A stretch of 64,000 nucleotides of DNA. Origin: an uncultured Alphaproteobacteria bacterium. Its GTDB lineage: Bacteria > Pseudomonadota > Alphaproteobacteria > Rhizobiales > Afifellaceae. The stretch lies in contig CAVQJW010000023.1 of the NCBI GenBank assembly GCA_963712925.1, forward strand, positions 33,546 to 97,545. The letters run 5' to 3'. Shown here one piece after another: positions 36,242 through 45,657 of the stretch. Both the position numbers and the translations under genes were made by a program. The notes below the pieces were generated by a model that saw only the letters and a list, made by a program, of their open reading frames with translations, was not told the origin of the DNA and did not search any database. How positions within the stretch are numbered: the stretch's first letter is position 1; each line of letters starts with the position of its first letter.

Positions 36242-37804
36242 ATGACACACGACACGGCCACCTCGCATGTCGTCGCGGATCAGAGCGCGGTTCTGGCGTT
36301 CCTCTCCGACCCGAAGACCTACCGGATGAAGGCGCCGCCCGTCCGTTTCGACACCCACGGCGCGGTCGTCTTTCTCGCCGGCGGCGACGCCTACAAGATG
36401 AAGCGCGCCGTGCGCTTTCCGTTCATGGATTACTCCACGCTCGCAAGGCGCAAGGCCGCCTGCGAGGCGGAGGTTGCGGTCAACAGCCCGGATGCGCCGA
36501 CGCTTTATCTCGGCGTCATGCCGGTGACGCGCGGCGAGCGCGGCCTCGCGCTGGGCGGGGACGGCGAGGTCGTCGAGTGGCTCGTCCATATGCGCCGCTT
36601 CGACGAGACGCAGACGCTTGAGCACGTTGCCGAGCGCGACGGGCTTAGGCCGGAAATGCTCGCGGAGCTCGTCCGCGCCATCCTTGCCTCGCATGCGCGC
36701 GCGCCGGTCCGTGACGGCATTGCCGCGTCGCAGTCGCTTCGCCGCTATCTCGACCAGAATGACGCGGCGTTCCGCGAGAGCCCTGAGCTCTTTCCCGCGG
36801 CGCGCGTCAAGGCGCTGACGGAGCGCTCGAAGGCGGTGCTTGAGCGGCAATGGCCGCTTCTCGTCACACGCGGCCAGCAGGGCTTCGTCCGCCGCTGTCA
36901 CGGCGACCTGCATCTTCGCAACATCGTGCTGCTCGACGGCGCGCCGACGCTTTTCGACGCCGTGGAGTTCGACGACGCTATCGCCACCGGCGACGTTCTC
37001 TACGACCTCGCCTTCCTGCTCATGGACCTATGGGAGCGCGGGCTGAAGAGCGGGGCGAACCTAGTCCTGAACCGTTATCTCTGGGGCAGTGACGAGCGGC
37101 AGCTCGTCGGCATGGAGGCGCTGCCGATCCTGCTCTCCATCCGCGCCGCGATCCGCTCGAAGGTGATCGCGGCGATGCTGCCGCATCTCAGCCCCGACAA
37201 GCGCGAGGCGAGCGCGGGGGAGGCGCAGCAATATTTCGCCGCCGCGGAAGCCTTTCTTCAAGCGGAGCCGCCACGGCTTCTCGCCGTCGGGGGATTGGCG
37301 GGGAGCGGCAAGACGAGCCTCTCCGCGACTGTCGCGCCACGCTTCGGTCGTCCGCTCGGCGCCGTGCATCTCAGAAGCGACATCGAGCGCAAGCGGCTCG
37401 GCCGGGTCGGCGAGACCGAGAGCCTTCCGGAAGGCTTCTATTCCGAGGCGGCCACCGATCTGGTCTACGCCGTGCTGCGCCGCAAGGCCCAGACCGCGCT
37501 TGCCTCGGGCGCCAGCGTCATCGTCGACGCCGTCCACGCGCGAGCGGACGAGCGCGACAAGATTGAAGCCGATGCACGAGAAACCGGCGCCGGCTTTGCC
37601 GGCATCTGGCTCGATGCGCCGCTGCCGGTGCTGGTCGAGCGCGTCGCCGGCCGCTCCAGCGACGCCTCCGACGCGACCGAGGCAGTCGTCCGCACCCAGG
37701 CCGGCTACGATCTCGGCGCAATTCGCTGGCGCCGGCTCGACGCGACGGGCCCGCTAGAGAGCCGCGCGAAAGAGGCTTTGCGGCTCGTTCTGGAGTCGGG
37801 CTAA
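36242..37804 (+). CDS. bifunctional aminoglycoside-phosphotransferase-like kinase / P-loop ATP-binding protein
   Basis: APH-type catalytic loop RCHGDLHLRNIVLLDG..FDAVEFDD. C-terminal P-loop GGLAGSGKTSLS. ATG 36242 within ORF 36191-37804. Confidence 0.75.
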   Translation: MTHDTATSHVVADQSAVLAFLSDPKTYRMKAPPVRFDTHGAVVFLAGGDAYKMKRAVRFPFMDYSTLARRKAACEAEVAVNSPDAPTLYLGVMPVTRGERGLALGGDGEVVEWLVHMRRFDETQTLEHVAERDGLRPEMLAELVRAILASHARAPVRDGIAASQSLRRYLDQNDAAFRESPELFPAARVKALTERSKAVLERQWPLLVTRGQQGFVRRCHGDLHLRNIVLLDGAPTLFDAVEFDDAIATGDVLYDLAFLLMDLWERGLKSGANLVLNRYLWGSDERQLVGMEALPILLSIRAAIRSKVIAAMLPHLSPDKREASAGEAQQYFAAAEAFLQAEPPRLLAVGGLAGSGKTSLSATVAPRFGRPLGAVHLRSDIERKRLGRVGETESLPEGFYSEAATDLVYAVLRRKAQTALASGASVIVDAVHARADERDKIEADARETGAGFAGIWLDAPLPVLVERVAGRSSDASDATEAVVRTQAGYDLGAIRWRRLDATGPLESRAKEALRLVLESG

Positions 37805-37833
37805 GGCTTCATCCACAAGAGCGGCGCGCGAAG

Positions 37834-38301
37834 ATGGCTCGCCGGCGGAAAACAACGAGGAACGTCATGGTCAATGAAGATCCGGATCCGGTCGAGATCA
37901 ACATCAGCACCGACAAGGTCTGCTATCTGATCGTCAAGGCACGCGAGTTCGACGTGAAAGTCGCGCCCGCCGAGCCTGACCCCGGATCCAACCCGACCGA
38001 CGACGCGGAGATCGAGGTTTTGGAGGACTACGCCAGCGATCCGACGTTGCAGGAGCTGCGGCAGATGATCGCCGACCTGAACGAGGACGAGGTCGTGGAC
38101 CTGATCGCCATCGCCTGGGTCGGCCGCGGCGACTTCGAGCGCGACGACTTCGAGAGCGCGCGCAGCCTCGCGATGGAGCGGCACCGGCAGAATTCTTCGC
38201 GCTACCTGCTGGGAATGCCGACCCTCGGCGACTATCTCGAGGAAGGCTTCAACGAGTTGGGGCATAGCTGCGACGACACTGAGTTCGCGGAGCTCGGCTG
38301 A
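37834..38301 (+). CDS. DUF3775 domain-containing protein
   Basis: Contains ISTDKVCYLIVKAREFDVKV..DDAEIEVLEDYASDPTLQEL..VDLIAIAWVGRGDF..YLLGMPTLGDYLEEG. Confidence 0.7.
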   Translation: MARRRKTTRNVMVNEDPDPVEINISTDKVCYLIVKAREFDVKVAPAEPDPGSNPTDDAEIEVLEDYASDPTLQELRQMIADLNEDEVVDLIAIAWVGRGDFERDDFESARSLAMERHRQNSSRYLLGMPTLGDYLEEGFNELGHSCDDTEFAELG

Positions 38302-38378
38302 TGCGGCACGGAGCGCCGCTCGCCCGCAGGCTTGAGGGCGCGCCGCGCGTGTCGCCGGTCATCCTGTCGGGAGCCCGC

Positions 38379-39170
38379 TCACGCCCCCGGCGTTGTTGCT
38401 GAACCGGCCTGCAGCGCGCGCGGTTGGCGTGCGCCCGCTCCGAGATAAAGCCGGGTGACTTCTGGATCGTTGAGCAACGCAATGCCCGTTCCGGCGAGCG
38501 CGATGCGACCGGCTTCAAGCACCACGGCCTGATCCGCCACCGCCAGCCCGGAGCGCGCGTTCTGCTCGACCAGAAGCACGGTCCGCCCGTCCTTCGCCAG
38601 CGCCGCAATGGAGGCGAAGACCGATTTTCGCGCTTTCTGGTCGAGCCCGATCGATGGCTCGTCGAGCAGGACAAGCGCGGGATCAAGCATCAAGGAGCGA
38701 GCCAGCTCCACCTGCTTCTGCTCGCCCCCGGAGAGCGAACCCGCGGCGGCATGGCGACGCTCCGCGACGATCGGGAAGAGCTCGGCAACCCGATCGAACC
38801 GGCTGCGGACCAGCGCCCTGTCGGAAAGGATGAACGCGCCCATCAGCACATTCTCCGCGACGGTCATTCCAGGGAAGAGACTGCGATCTTGCGGCACATG
38901 GATTATTCCCCGGTCGAGCCGATGCCTTGGCGGCAGCCGGCTGATGTCCTCTCCTCGCAGCGTCACCTGGCCTTCTTCGGGATAGAGAAGCCCGCTGATC
39001 GTCTTCAGGACGGTCGACTTTCCCGAACCGTTCGGCCCGATCATGCACATGACCTTGCCGGTCTCGACGGTGAGATCGATGCCCTTCAGGATCAATCCGG
39101 CGCCGTAACCCGCCGTTACGCCGGAGAGCATGAGAATGACCGGTTTCCGCTGCGGCTTGCTGGGCATCAT
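38379..39170 (-). CDS. branched-chain-amino-acid-type (HAAT) ABC transporter ATP-binding protein, LivF-like
   Basis: Walker A GPNGSGKST, signature LSGGEQKQVELA, Walker B LVLLDEPS. Confidence 0.85.
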   Translation of the reverse strand: MMPSKPQRKPVILMLSGVTAGYGAGLILKGIDLTVETGKVMCMIGPNGSGKSTVLKTISGLLYPEEGQVTLRGEDISRLPPRHRLDRGIIHVPQDRSLFPGMTVAENVLMGAFILSDRALVRSRFDRVAELFPIVAERRHAAAGSLSGGEQKQVELARSLMLDPALVLLDEPSIGLDQKARKSVFASIAALAKDGRTVLLVEQNARSGLAVADQAVVLEAGRIALAGTGIALLNDPEVTRLYLGAGARQPRALQAGSATTPGA

Positions 39171-39188
39171 GGGTGCATTCCGTCCCTG

Positions 39189-39920
39189 TCAGTCGCCGAG
39201 ATAGGCATCAAGGACGAGCGCATTGCTCTGCACATCGGCCGGCCCGCCGACCGCGATCGTCGTCCCCCGGTCAAGAACGATCACAGGATCGCAAAGCCGC
39301 ATGACCAGCGGCATATCGTGTTCGACGACGAGAAAGGTCACCCCTTCCCTGTGGCGGGTGCGGATATGGTGCTCCATCGTTTCGATCATCACCGGGTTCA
39401 CGCCGGCAGTCGGCTCGTCGAGCAGCACGAGCTTTGGCCGGCTCATCAAGACCGCGGCGAACTCCAGGAGCTTGCGCTGCCCGTAGGAGAGCTCGCCGGC
39501 CGACAGCTCGGCAAGGCCGGAGAGCCGGAACTCCTCAAGCATCTCAAGAGCTTGCGACCGGTCCGCCCGCGTGAGCCTGGCGCCGAGCAGGGCGCGCCAG
39601 GAGAATCCCGCGGCGATCACCAGGTTCTCCTCGACGGTGAGATCGGGAAAGATGCGCGCCTGCTGGAAGGTGCGCGACAGCCCCTGCCGATAAAGCCGGG
39701 CGGGATTCGGCTGCTTCACCATGTGACCGCCGAAGCGGATGGCTCCGGAGTCGGACTTCAGATACCCGGTGATGATGTTGAAGGCCGTCGTCTTTCCGGA
39801 ACCGTTCGGACCGATCAAACCGGTGATCGATCCTTCTTCGACCGCGAATGTGCAGTCGGCCACGGCTCGAACGCCGCCGAAATTCTTGCACAAACGGTCG
39901 ATTTCCAAGAGCGCGGTCAT
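39189..39920 (-). CDS. HAAT ABC transporter ATP-binding protein, LivG-like
   Basis: KNFGGVRAV, GPNGSGKTT, LSYGQRKLLEFA, LVLLDEPTAGV. Confidence 0.9.
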   Translation of the reverse strand: MTALLEIDRLCKNFGGVRAVADCTFAVEEGSITGLIGPNGSGKTTAFNIITGYLKSDSGAIRFGGHMVKQPNPARLYRQGLSRTFQQARIFPDLTVEENLVIAAGFSWRALLGARLTRADRSQALEMLEEFRLSGLAELSAGELSYGQRKLLEFAAVLMSRPKLVLLDEPTAGVNPVMIETMEHHIRTRHREGVTFLVVEHDMPLVMRLCDPVIVLDRGTTIAVGGPADVQSNALVLDAYLGD

Positions 39921-40963
39921 CTTTCCGCCGTCCGCAATTCGTCAGCGACCGTCACGGCCTCCACCGCTCCCCCGACCGGGGGTGCAGCGGCGTCTTCCTG
40001 AGCCTCGTGTCCTCGCCGGCGCTGACTGCGTGAGCGGCTCGTGAGCGACGGCAGGATGCCGCGCGGCAGAAGCAGCATGATGACCAGAAAGATTGCGGCG
40101 TAGGCAATCAGATAGAGCTGGCTCGCCCCGAGCTGATAGGCGAAGTATTCCTGAGCCGGCACCAGGATGAACGCTCCGACAACCGGTCCCCATAGGGTCG
40201 CCCGCCCACCGAGGAACGTCATCAGCACCATGCCGATCGTGACCAGGGGGTCCACGGCGAACTGCGGGTAGACGAACCCGACATAATAGGCCCACACCCC
40301 GCCGATCATCGCCGTGATGCCGACGCTCGCGCCGAACGCGATCAATTTGACCCCGGTAACGCGAACGCCGACGCCTTGCGCCTTGTCCTCGTCGGCGCGC
40401 ACGGCCAACAGCGACAGGCCGATCTTCGACCGCCGAAAGTAGAACGAGACCGCCATCGCGAAGGCGAGCAGGGCCAGCATCGCGTAGTAGAACGGCCAGT
40501 TGTAGGTCTCGACCGGGAAAGGCGGCACGCCCACACTCTTGCCCTGCGCACCGTCGGTTATCGAGCGAAGATTGAAGGCGAGCGTCTGCACCATGAAGAG
40601 CAGGGTGATCGTGACGATGGCAAAGACGTCGGCGCGCGTCCGCATCGCGATCCACCCGATCGGCACGCTCAAGAAGGCCACGGCTAGGCCGATCAAGGGG
40701 AGAACAAAGAAGGGCGGATATCCGTTGCCGACATTGTTTTCGAAGATGATGGCGATGGCATAGGCGCCTATCCCAAAGAAAGCCGCATGCCCGAGCGAGG
40801 GGTAGCCGGCGTAACCGCCGAGCAGATTCCAGGCGCTCGCCAGGCCGGCGTACATCAGCGTGAAGATCAGCATGTTCAATATCCACTGCGGTCCGACGAC
40901 GAACGGCAGCAGCGTGAAAGCACCGAAGAAGACGACGGCGCGCGCGAGACCCGCAGCGCTCAT
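39917..40963 (-). CDS. HAAT ABC transporter permease, LivM-like
   Basis: 348-aa polytopic protein with LLGGYAGYPSLGHAAFFGIGAY. It overlaps both neighbours by 4 nt. Confidence 0.85.
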   Translation of the reverse strand: MSAAGLARAVVFFGAFTLLPFVVGPQWILNMLIFTLMYAGLASAWNLLGGYAGYPSLGHAAFFGIGAYAIAIIFENNVGNGYPPFFVLPLIGLAVAFLSVPIGWIAMRTRADVFAIVTITLLFMVQTLAFNLRSITDGAQGKSVGVPPFPVETYNWPFYYAMLALLAFAMAVSFYFRRSKIGLSLLAVRADEDKAQGVGVRVTGVKLIAFGASVGITAMIGGVWAYYVGFVYPQFAVDPLVTIGMVLMTFLGGRATLWGPVVGAFILVPAQEYFAYQLGASQLYLIAYAAIFLVIMLLLPRGILPSLTSRSRSQRRRGHEAQEDAAAPPVGGAVEAVTVADELRTAER

Positions 40964-41841
40964 ATCGCGCCTCGCATGCGCGCGCCGAAGAGGCCGCTCG
41001 GTCGGAAGAGCAGTACCAGGAGAAGCACGACGAAGAAGGAGAAATCCGACCAGATGGGAGACAGCAGCGCCGCGATGATCGCCGAGCCGATCCCCATCGC
41101 CATCGCCGCGATGACCGATCCGCCGATGCTGCCAAGCCCGCCGAGCACGACGATCGTCAAAAGGCGGCTGATCAGGTCATAGTGGCTGCCCGGATTGAAC
41201 GGCGAGATGATACCGAAAACGGCGCCGGCGGCCGCCGCCGTCGCCGTTCCAAGCCCGAAGCCGAACGCAGCGACCATGCGCGAATTGACGCCGAGCAGCT
41301 GCGCCGACATCGGGTTCTCGACCGTCGCCCGGATGGCCCACCCGAGCTTGGTGCGATGCATGATCAAATAGAGAAGGCCGAGCATCGCGAGCGACAGCAG
41401 GAAGGCATAGAAGCGAACCGCGTTCACCTGATAGCCGAGCACGGTCCAGCTGAAGTTCTCGTAGCCCGGCTGAATTGACCGAAAGGTCGTGTTGTAGGTC
41501 ATCGCCAACAGCCCCTCGAGACCGAGCGCAACGGCGAAGGTCACGAGTAGCGAGAGGTGCGAGGCCTCGTCAGCCCGCAACGGGCGCAGCAGCGTCCATT
41601 GCACCGCTGCGCCGAGCACGAACAGCAGCGGCGTGGTGACCAGGATCGACAGGAACGGGTCGATGCCGGTGAGCGTGAAGAGGCTGAACGACAGATAGGC
41701 CGCGAGAATCACGAAGGCCGCCTGCGCAAGATTCACGACCTTCATGATCCCGAAGATGAGCGTCTGGCCGCTGGCCATCAGGGCGTAGACGCCGCCGGTC
41801 AAAACGCCGAGGATCACGGCCTGGATCAAGGCATGCATCAC
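40960..41841 (-). CDS. HAAT ABC transporter permease, LivH-like
   Basis: MMHALIQAVILGVLTGGVYALMASGQTLIFGIMKVVNLAQ. 293 aa. Confidence 0.9.
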   Translation of the reverse strand: MMHALIQAVILGVLTGGVYALMASGQTLIFGIMKVVNLAQAAFVILAAYLSFSLFTLTGIDPFLSILVTTPLLFVLGAAVQWTLLRPLRADEASHLSLLVTFAVALGLEGLLAMTYNTTFRSIQPGYENFSWTVLGYQVNAVRFYAFLLSLAMLGLLYLIMHRTKLGWAIRATVENPMSAQLLGVNSRMVAAFGFGLGTATAAAAGAVFGIISPFNPGSHYDLISRLLTIVVLGGLGSIGGSVIAAMAMGIGSAIIAALLSPIWSDFSFFVVLLLVLLFRPSGLFGARMRGAI

Positions 41842-41915
41842 GCTCGCCTATGCGATCCGTCTGCGGGTTCGGGGCGGCGCATGCTTCGACCGCGGCACGC
41901 GCCGCCCCCTCTTTC

Positions 41916-43115
41916 CTATTCCGCCCAGTTGGGCTTCGGCGCGACCGGAGCGTGCTGCGCCTTTTCCGGCGGAAACACCGTGGTGAGCTGACCGTCAATC
42001 CATTCGGTCAACAGATATTCGCCTTGCGGCGCGCCGTCGGCATCCCAGCTCAGGTCGCCGACAAGCGTGGGCCAGACGCCGCTGTGCAGCGTCGCGATAA
42101 TCGTCGCGTTGTCGACCTTGCCGGTCTTCTTCGCGACCTGCTCAAGAACCAGGCCGCAGGAATACGCCTCGGCAGAGGTGGCATCGATGCCGCTCGCGTC
42201 ACCGCCGTATTTCGCGACGTAGGCGGCGATGAATTCCTTGCTTCCTGCGGCGGGCGAGGCCGGGTACCAGTCACCGCTGGTGAACACGCCCTCGGTGTTC
42301 TTGGCACCGACCTTATCCGGGAATTCGGTCGGCGAGTTGGCGCCGTTCGACATGAACAGCCACTTGGGACTGAACTTCAGCTGGATCATCGCCTTGACCT
42401 GGGCGAAGGCATCCAGCGACTGGGTTCCGGAAACGACGACATCCGGGTTTGCGGCGGCGACGCCGGCGATGATCGGCGTGAGATCGGCCAACTCGGCGGG
42501 ATAGGTCTGATCGTAGACCGTCTTGATGCCGGCCGCCTCGAACTCAGCCTTGACGTAGTCGGCAATCGGCGCGGCGAACGGGTCGTCGAGCTTGGCGTAG
42601 GCCGCGGTCTTCGGACGCTGGTCTTCGGGCAGCGACAGGATGTATTTCGCGAACACGTCGCCGCCCTTCACCACCGGCGCCGGCTGCACGAAGAAGAGAT
42701 TGTCGAGGTGCTGGTCGAACACCTTCGGTCCGCCGCCGGCCGGCTCGATGAAGGCAAATCCGTAGCGTTTGGCGACGCGTGCCGAGGGGATCGTCAACAG
42801 GCTCGAAAACGGGCCGAAGACGATGTCGACTTTGTCCTGCGTGATCAGGTTCTGGTAGTTGGTGACGACCTGGTCGGGGCTCGAGGCGTCATTGACGATC
42901 TTTATCTCCACCTTCCGTCCAAGAATGCCACCCGCCTTGTTGACCTCATCGGCCCACAATTCGTAGCCGCGCTGCGCGGCCTTGCCCGGGTCGGCGAAAT
43001 CTCCGGTCAGCGACAGCGAAATGCCGATCTTGAGCGGCGGTGCGTCGGCTGCCGCCGCATTCGCGGCAAACAGCGTGGCGGCAGCCACGGCTGTGAGTAG
43101 CTTCAGCAATCTCAT
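41916..43115 (-). CDS. HAAT ABC transporter substrate-binding protein (LivK/Leu-Ile-Val-binding family)
   Basis: Signal peptide, then LKIGISLSLTGDFADPGKAAQRGYELWADEVNKAGGILGRKVEIKIVND. Confidence 0.9.
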   Translation of the reverse strand: MRLLKLLTAVAAATLFAANAAAADAPPLKIGISLSLTGDFADPGKAAQRGYELWADEVNKAGGILGRKVEIKIVNDASSPDQVVTNYQNLITQDKVDIVFGPFSSLLTIPSARVAKRYGFAFIEPAGGGPKVFDQHLDNLFFVQPAPVVKGGDVFAKYILSLPEDQRPKTAAYAKLDDPFAAPIADYVKAEFEAAGIKTVYDQTYPAELADLTPIIAGVAAANPDVVVSGTQSLDAFAQVKAMIQLKFSPKWLFMSNGANSPTEFPDKVGAKNTEGVFTSGDWYPASPAAGSKEFIAAYVAKYGGDASGIDATSAEAYSCGLVLEQVAKKTGKVDNATIIATLHSGVWPTLVGDLSWDADGAPQGEYLLTEWIDGQLTTVFPPEKAQHAPVAPKPNWAE

Positions 43116-43175
43116 GCTTGTTCCTCCCTTTGCTTTCTTGGGCCTGTGCCTTGTTCGAGGCGATATCCTCGCGCC

Positions 43176-44145
43176 TCATTCCGTCACTTCGAGGCCGCTT
43201 TTCACGGGCTTGTTTTCGCTTGTCAGTTTGATGCCGGCGGCGAGCGCCACCGTCTCGATCAGCGCGGCGAAGTCCTCCCCGAGATAACCGGCGGGATCGG
43301 GCTTGAGCGACGCCGCGCCGAAATGCGCCTGCAGCGCCTCGCGCGTCGCCGCGGTGACCGGCATCGCCACGCCGAGCTCACGCCCCGCGGCAAGGCCGAG
43401 ATCGAGGTCCTTCCTGAGCAGCGTCGGCGTGAAGGTGGTGGTGAAGTCGAGGTTGACGAGCGCCGGCGACTTGTAGCGCGTGAAGATCGAGCCGAGCACG
43501 CTGTTGTTGATGAATTCGAGGAAGGCGTGACGCGGAACCCCCGCCTTCTCGGCAAGCACCGTAATTTCCGCCAGGTTCTGGATGACGACCCCGAGGAAGA
43601 CGTTGTGCGCGATCTTGCAGAAGCGCGCGAGCTCGCCCTCGCCGACATAGGCGACGCCGTTGCCGGCCACCGTATCGAGATAAGGCTTTGCCACGTCGAA
43701 GGCATCGCGCGGACCGGAGGCCACGATGCTGAGCTTGCCGGCCTTGACGGTCTTGCCGTTGCCGCTGACCGGTGCAGCGAGGAAGGCGGTACCGCACTTT
43801 TCAAGCCGTGCGCGGATTTCGGCCGACGCATCGGCGCCGATGCTTGAGCAATCGACGAGGATGCGCGGCACGTTCGCCGCAGCGCCGTCGACAACTCCGT
43901 CCTTGCCGAAGAGCACCGCTTCGACGTCCGCCGCGGTCGAGACCATGGTGAAGAGGATGTCGACGCCGCCGAGGTCCGCCGGGCGATCAGCGAGGACCGC
44001 GCCCTTTGCGGCAAGCGGCTCCGCCTTGCCGCGCGTACGGTTCCAGACATGCACCTGGTGGCCGGCATTCAGAAGCCGCTCAGCCATCGGAAAGCCCATG
44101 CGGCCGATGCCGATCCAGCCGATCTTGTGCGTATTCGAACTCCAT
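43176..44145 (-). pseudogene. NAD(P)-dependent oxidoreductase (3-hydroxyisobutyrate dehydrogenase family), with an apparent 1-nt insertion right after the start codon
   Basis: The frame with HKIGWIGIGRMGFPMAERLL... has no start codon. The ATG at 44145-44143, preceded by GGAG, is one frame off. Removing one G from catGGagt gives MSSNTHKIGWIGIGRMG. Confidence 0.7.
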
Positions 44146-44184
44146 GCTCGCTCCGGTCTTGGCCGACGGCCGCTTCGTCCCGCC

Positions 44185-45498
44185 TCAATATTTGTTGGCG
44201 ATTGGGAGCTCTTCGGCCGGGAAGTGTGTGATGAGTTTGCAGCCCGTGTCGGTGACGACGACCTCCTCCTCGATGCGCGCGGCGGAGTAGCCGTCGCTCG
44301 CCGGGCAGTAGGTCTCAAGCGCGAACACCATGCCGGTCTTCAGCTCCATCGGCTGGTCGAGCGACACGAGCCGCGAGATGATCGGCCGCTCGTGCAGCGC
44401 CAGCCCGAGCCCGTGCCCGAACTGCAGCCCGAACGCCGCCATCTCGTCGGGGAAGCCGAACTCTTCCGCCTTCGGCCACACCGAGGCGACGCGGTCCGTC
44501 GACATCCCCGGCCGGATCAGGTCGATGGCCGAGTCCAGCCACTCGCGGCATGTCTTGTAGGCGTCGTGCTGGGCGGGCGTGGCGCGCCCCACGTTGAAGG
44601 TGCGGTAGTAGCAGGTGCGGTAGCCGGTGAAGGACTGCAGGATGTCGAAGAAGGCCTGGTCGCCGGGGCGCAGATAGCGGTCGGTGAAGTTGTGCGGATG
44701 CGGGCTGCAGCGCTCGCCGGAGATGGCGTTGATCGCCTCCACGTCGTCGGAGCCCATCTCGTAGAGCATCTTGTTGGCCTTCGCGACGATGTCGTTCTCC
44801 CTGACCCCCGGTTTCAGCTCCTCCCAGATCATGTGATAGACGCCGTCCACCATGGCCGCCGCCTGATTGAGCAGCGTGATCTCGTCGATGTTCTTGATCT
44901 CGCGCGCGTCGAGCATGACCTGCTGGCCGTCGACCAGCTTCAGCCCCGCCTTCTCAAGCTCCTGCCACATGCCGGGCTCGACCAGGTCGAGGCCGAGCGG
45001 CATGTCGGCGACGCCGGCTTCCACCAGCAGCGCCTTGATCTCCTCCGCGTGGCGCCGCATCAGCCCGGCGGAGGGCGGCACGGTGCCGCGCATGCCGAGC
45101 ATCCCGGCGCGAAAATTCTCCGTCGGCATCCAGTCGCAGTAGAGCCGGTGATGCACGGCGGCGGAGCCGAAATCCCACAGGATCGGCTCATTGTCCGAGG
45201 CGAGCAGCGCGAAGCGGCAGAGCTTGTCCCTCTCCCACTCGCCGATCTTGGTGGAGGTGACGTAGCGGATGTTGTTGACGTCGAAGAGGAGCAGCGCGCC
45301 GCATTTCGAGCTCTTCAGCGCCCGGCGGATGCGTTCCAGCCGGTAGGCATGCAGCCGCCGGAAATCCACCCGGCCCTCAAAATCCACCCCGGAGTGCCCC
45401 GGCGCCGGGATCGCCCGGTCCCAGCGCCAGTGCGGGTCGAGCGCATCCGTTCGATCCACCGACGGAATCAAACGCGGCTCCAGCTTCATGTCGTTCAT
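44185..45498 (-). CDS. M24 family metallopeptidase-fold hydrolase (Xaa-Pro peptidase/creatinase-like)
   Basis: 437 aa. N-terminal creatinase-like domain plus pita-bread fold motifs (GDQAFFDI.., GHGLGLALHERP, VFALETY). Confidence 0.85.
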   Translation of the reverse strand: MNDMKLEPRLIPSVDRTDALDPHWRWDRAIPAPGHSGVDFEGRVDFRRLHAYRLERIRRALKSSKCGALLLFDVNNIRYVTSTKIGEWERDKLCRFALLASDNEPILWDFGSAAVHHRLYCDWMPTENFRAGMLGMRGTVPPSAGLMRRHAEEIKALLVEAGVADMPLGLDLVEPGMWQELEKAGLKLVDGQQVMLDAREIKNIDEITLLNQAAAMVDGVYHMIWEELKPGVRENDIVAKANKMLYEMGSDDVEAINAISGERCSPHPHNFTDRYLRPGDQAFFDILQSFTGYRTCYYRTFNVGRATPAQHDAYKTCREWLDSAIDLIRPGMSTDRVASVWPKAEEFGFPDEMAAFGLQFGHGLGLALHERPIISRLVSLDQPMELKTGMVFALETYCPASDGYSAARIEEEVVVTDTGCKLITHFPAEELPIANKY

Positions 45499-45555
45499 GG
45501 CGATCCTCCCATGACCCAGAGCGCTTTCATGCGAGCGGCTCGATGGGTTTGTTTA

Positions 45556-45569
45556 TGCAAACGTTTGCA
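45556..45569. promoter_or_regulatory. perfect 14-bp LacI-family operator palindrome TGCAAACGTTTGCA
   Basis: It has the central CG typical of LacI/GalR operators. It sits in the 159-nt divergent region between the M24 operon (45498) and the LacI gene (45658). Confidence 0.55.
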
Positions 45570-45657
45570 CGTAGTGTGCCACATCCAAGCTTGGAGTCAA
45601 CCGGCGGAAAAAATCGTGCAACAAAGCGCGGGGGAAGATTGGGATGACGCTCAGGCC

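Noticed and set aside
44185-45498. DMSP lyase DddP (an M24-fold enzyme)
   Set aside because: The fold family matches. However, the sequence does not resemble what I recall of DddP proteins closely enough. The transporter and regulator context gives no DMSP link. It is kept as a generic M24 hydrolase.
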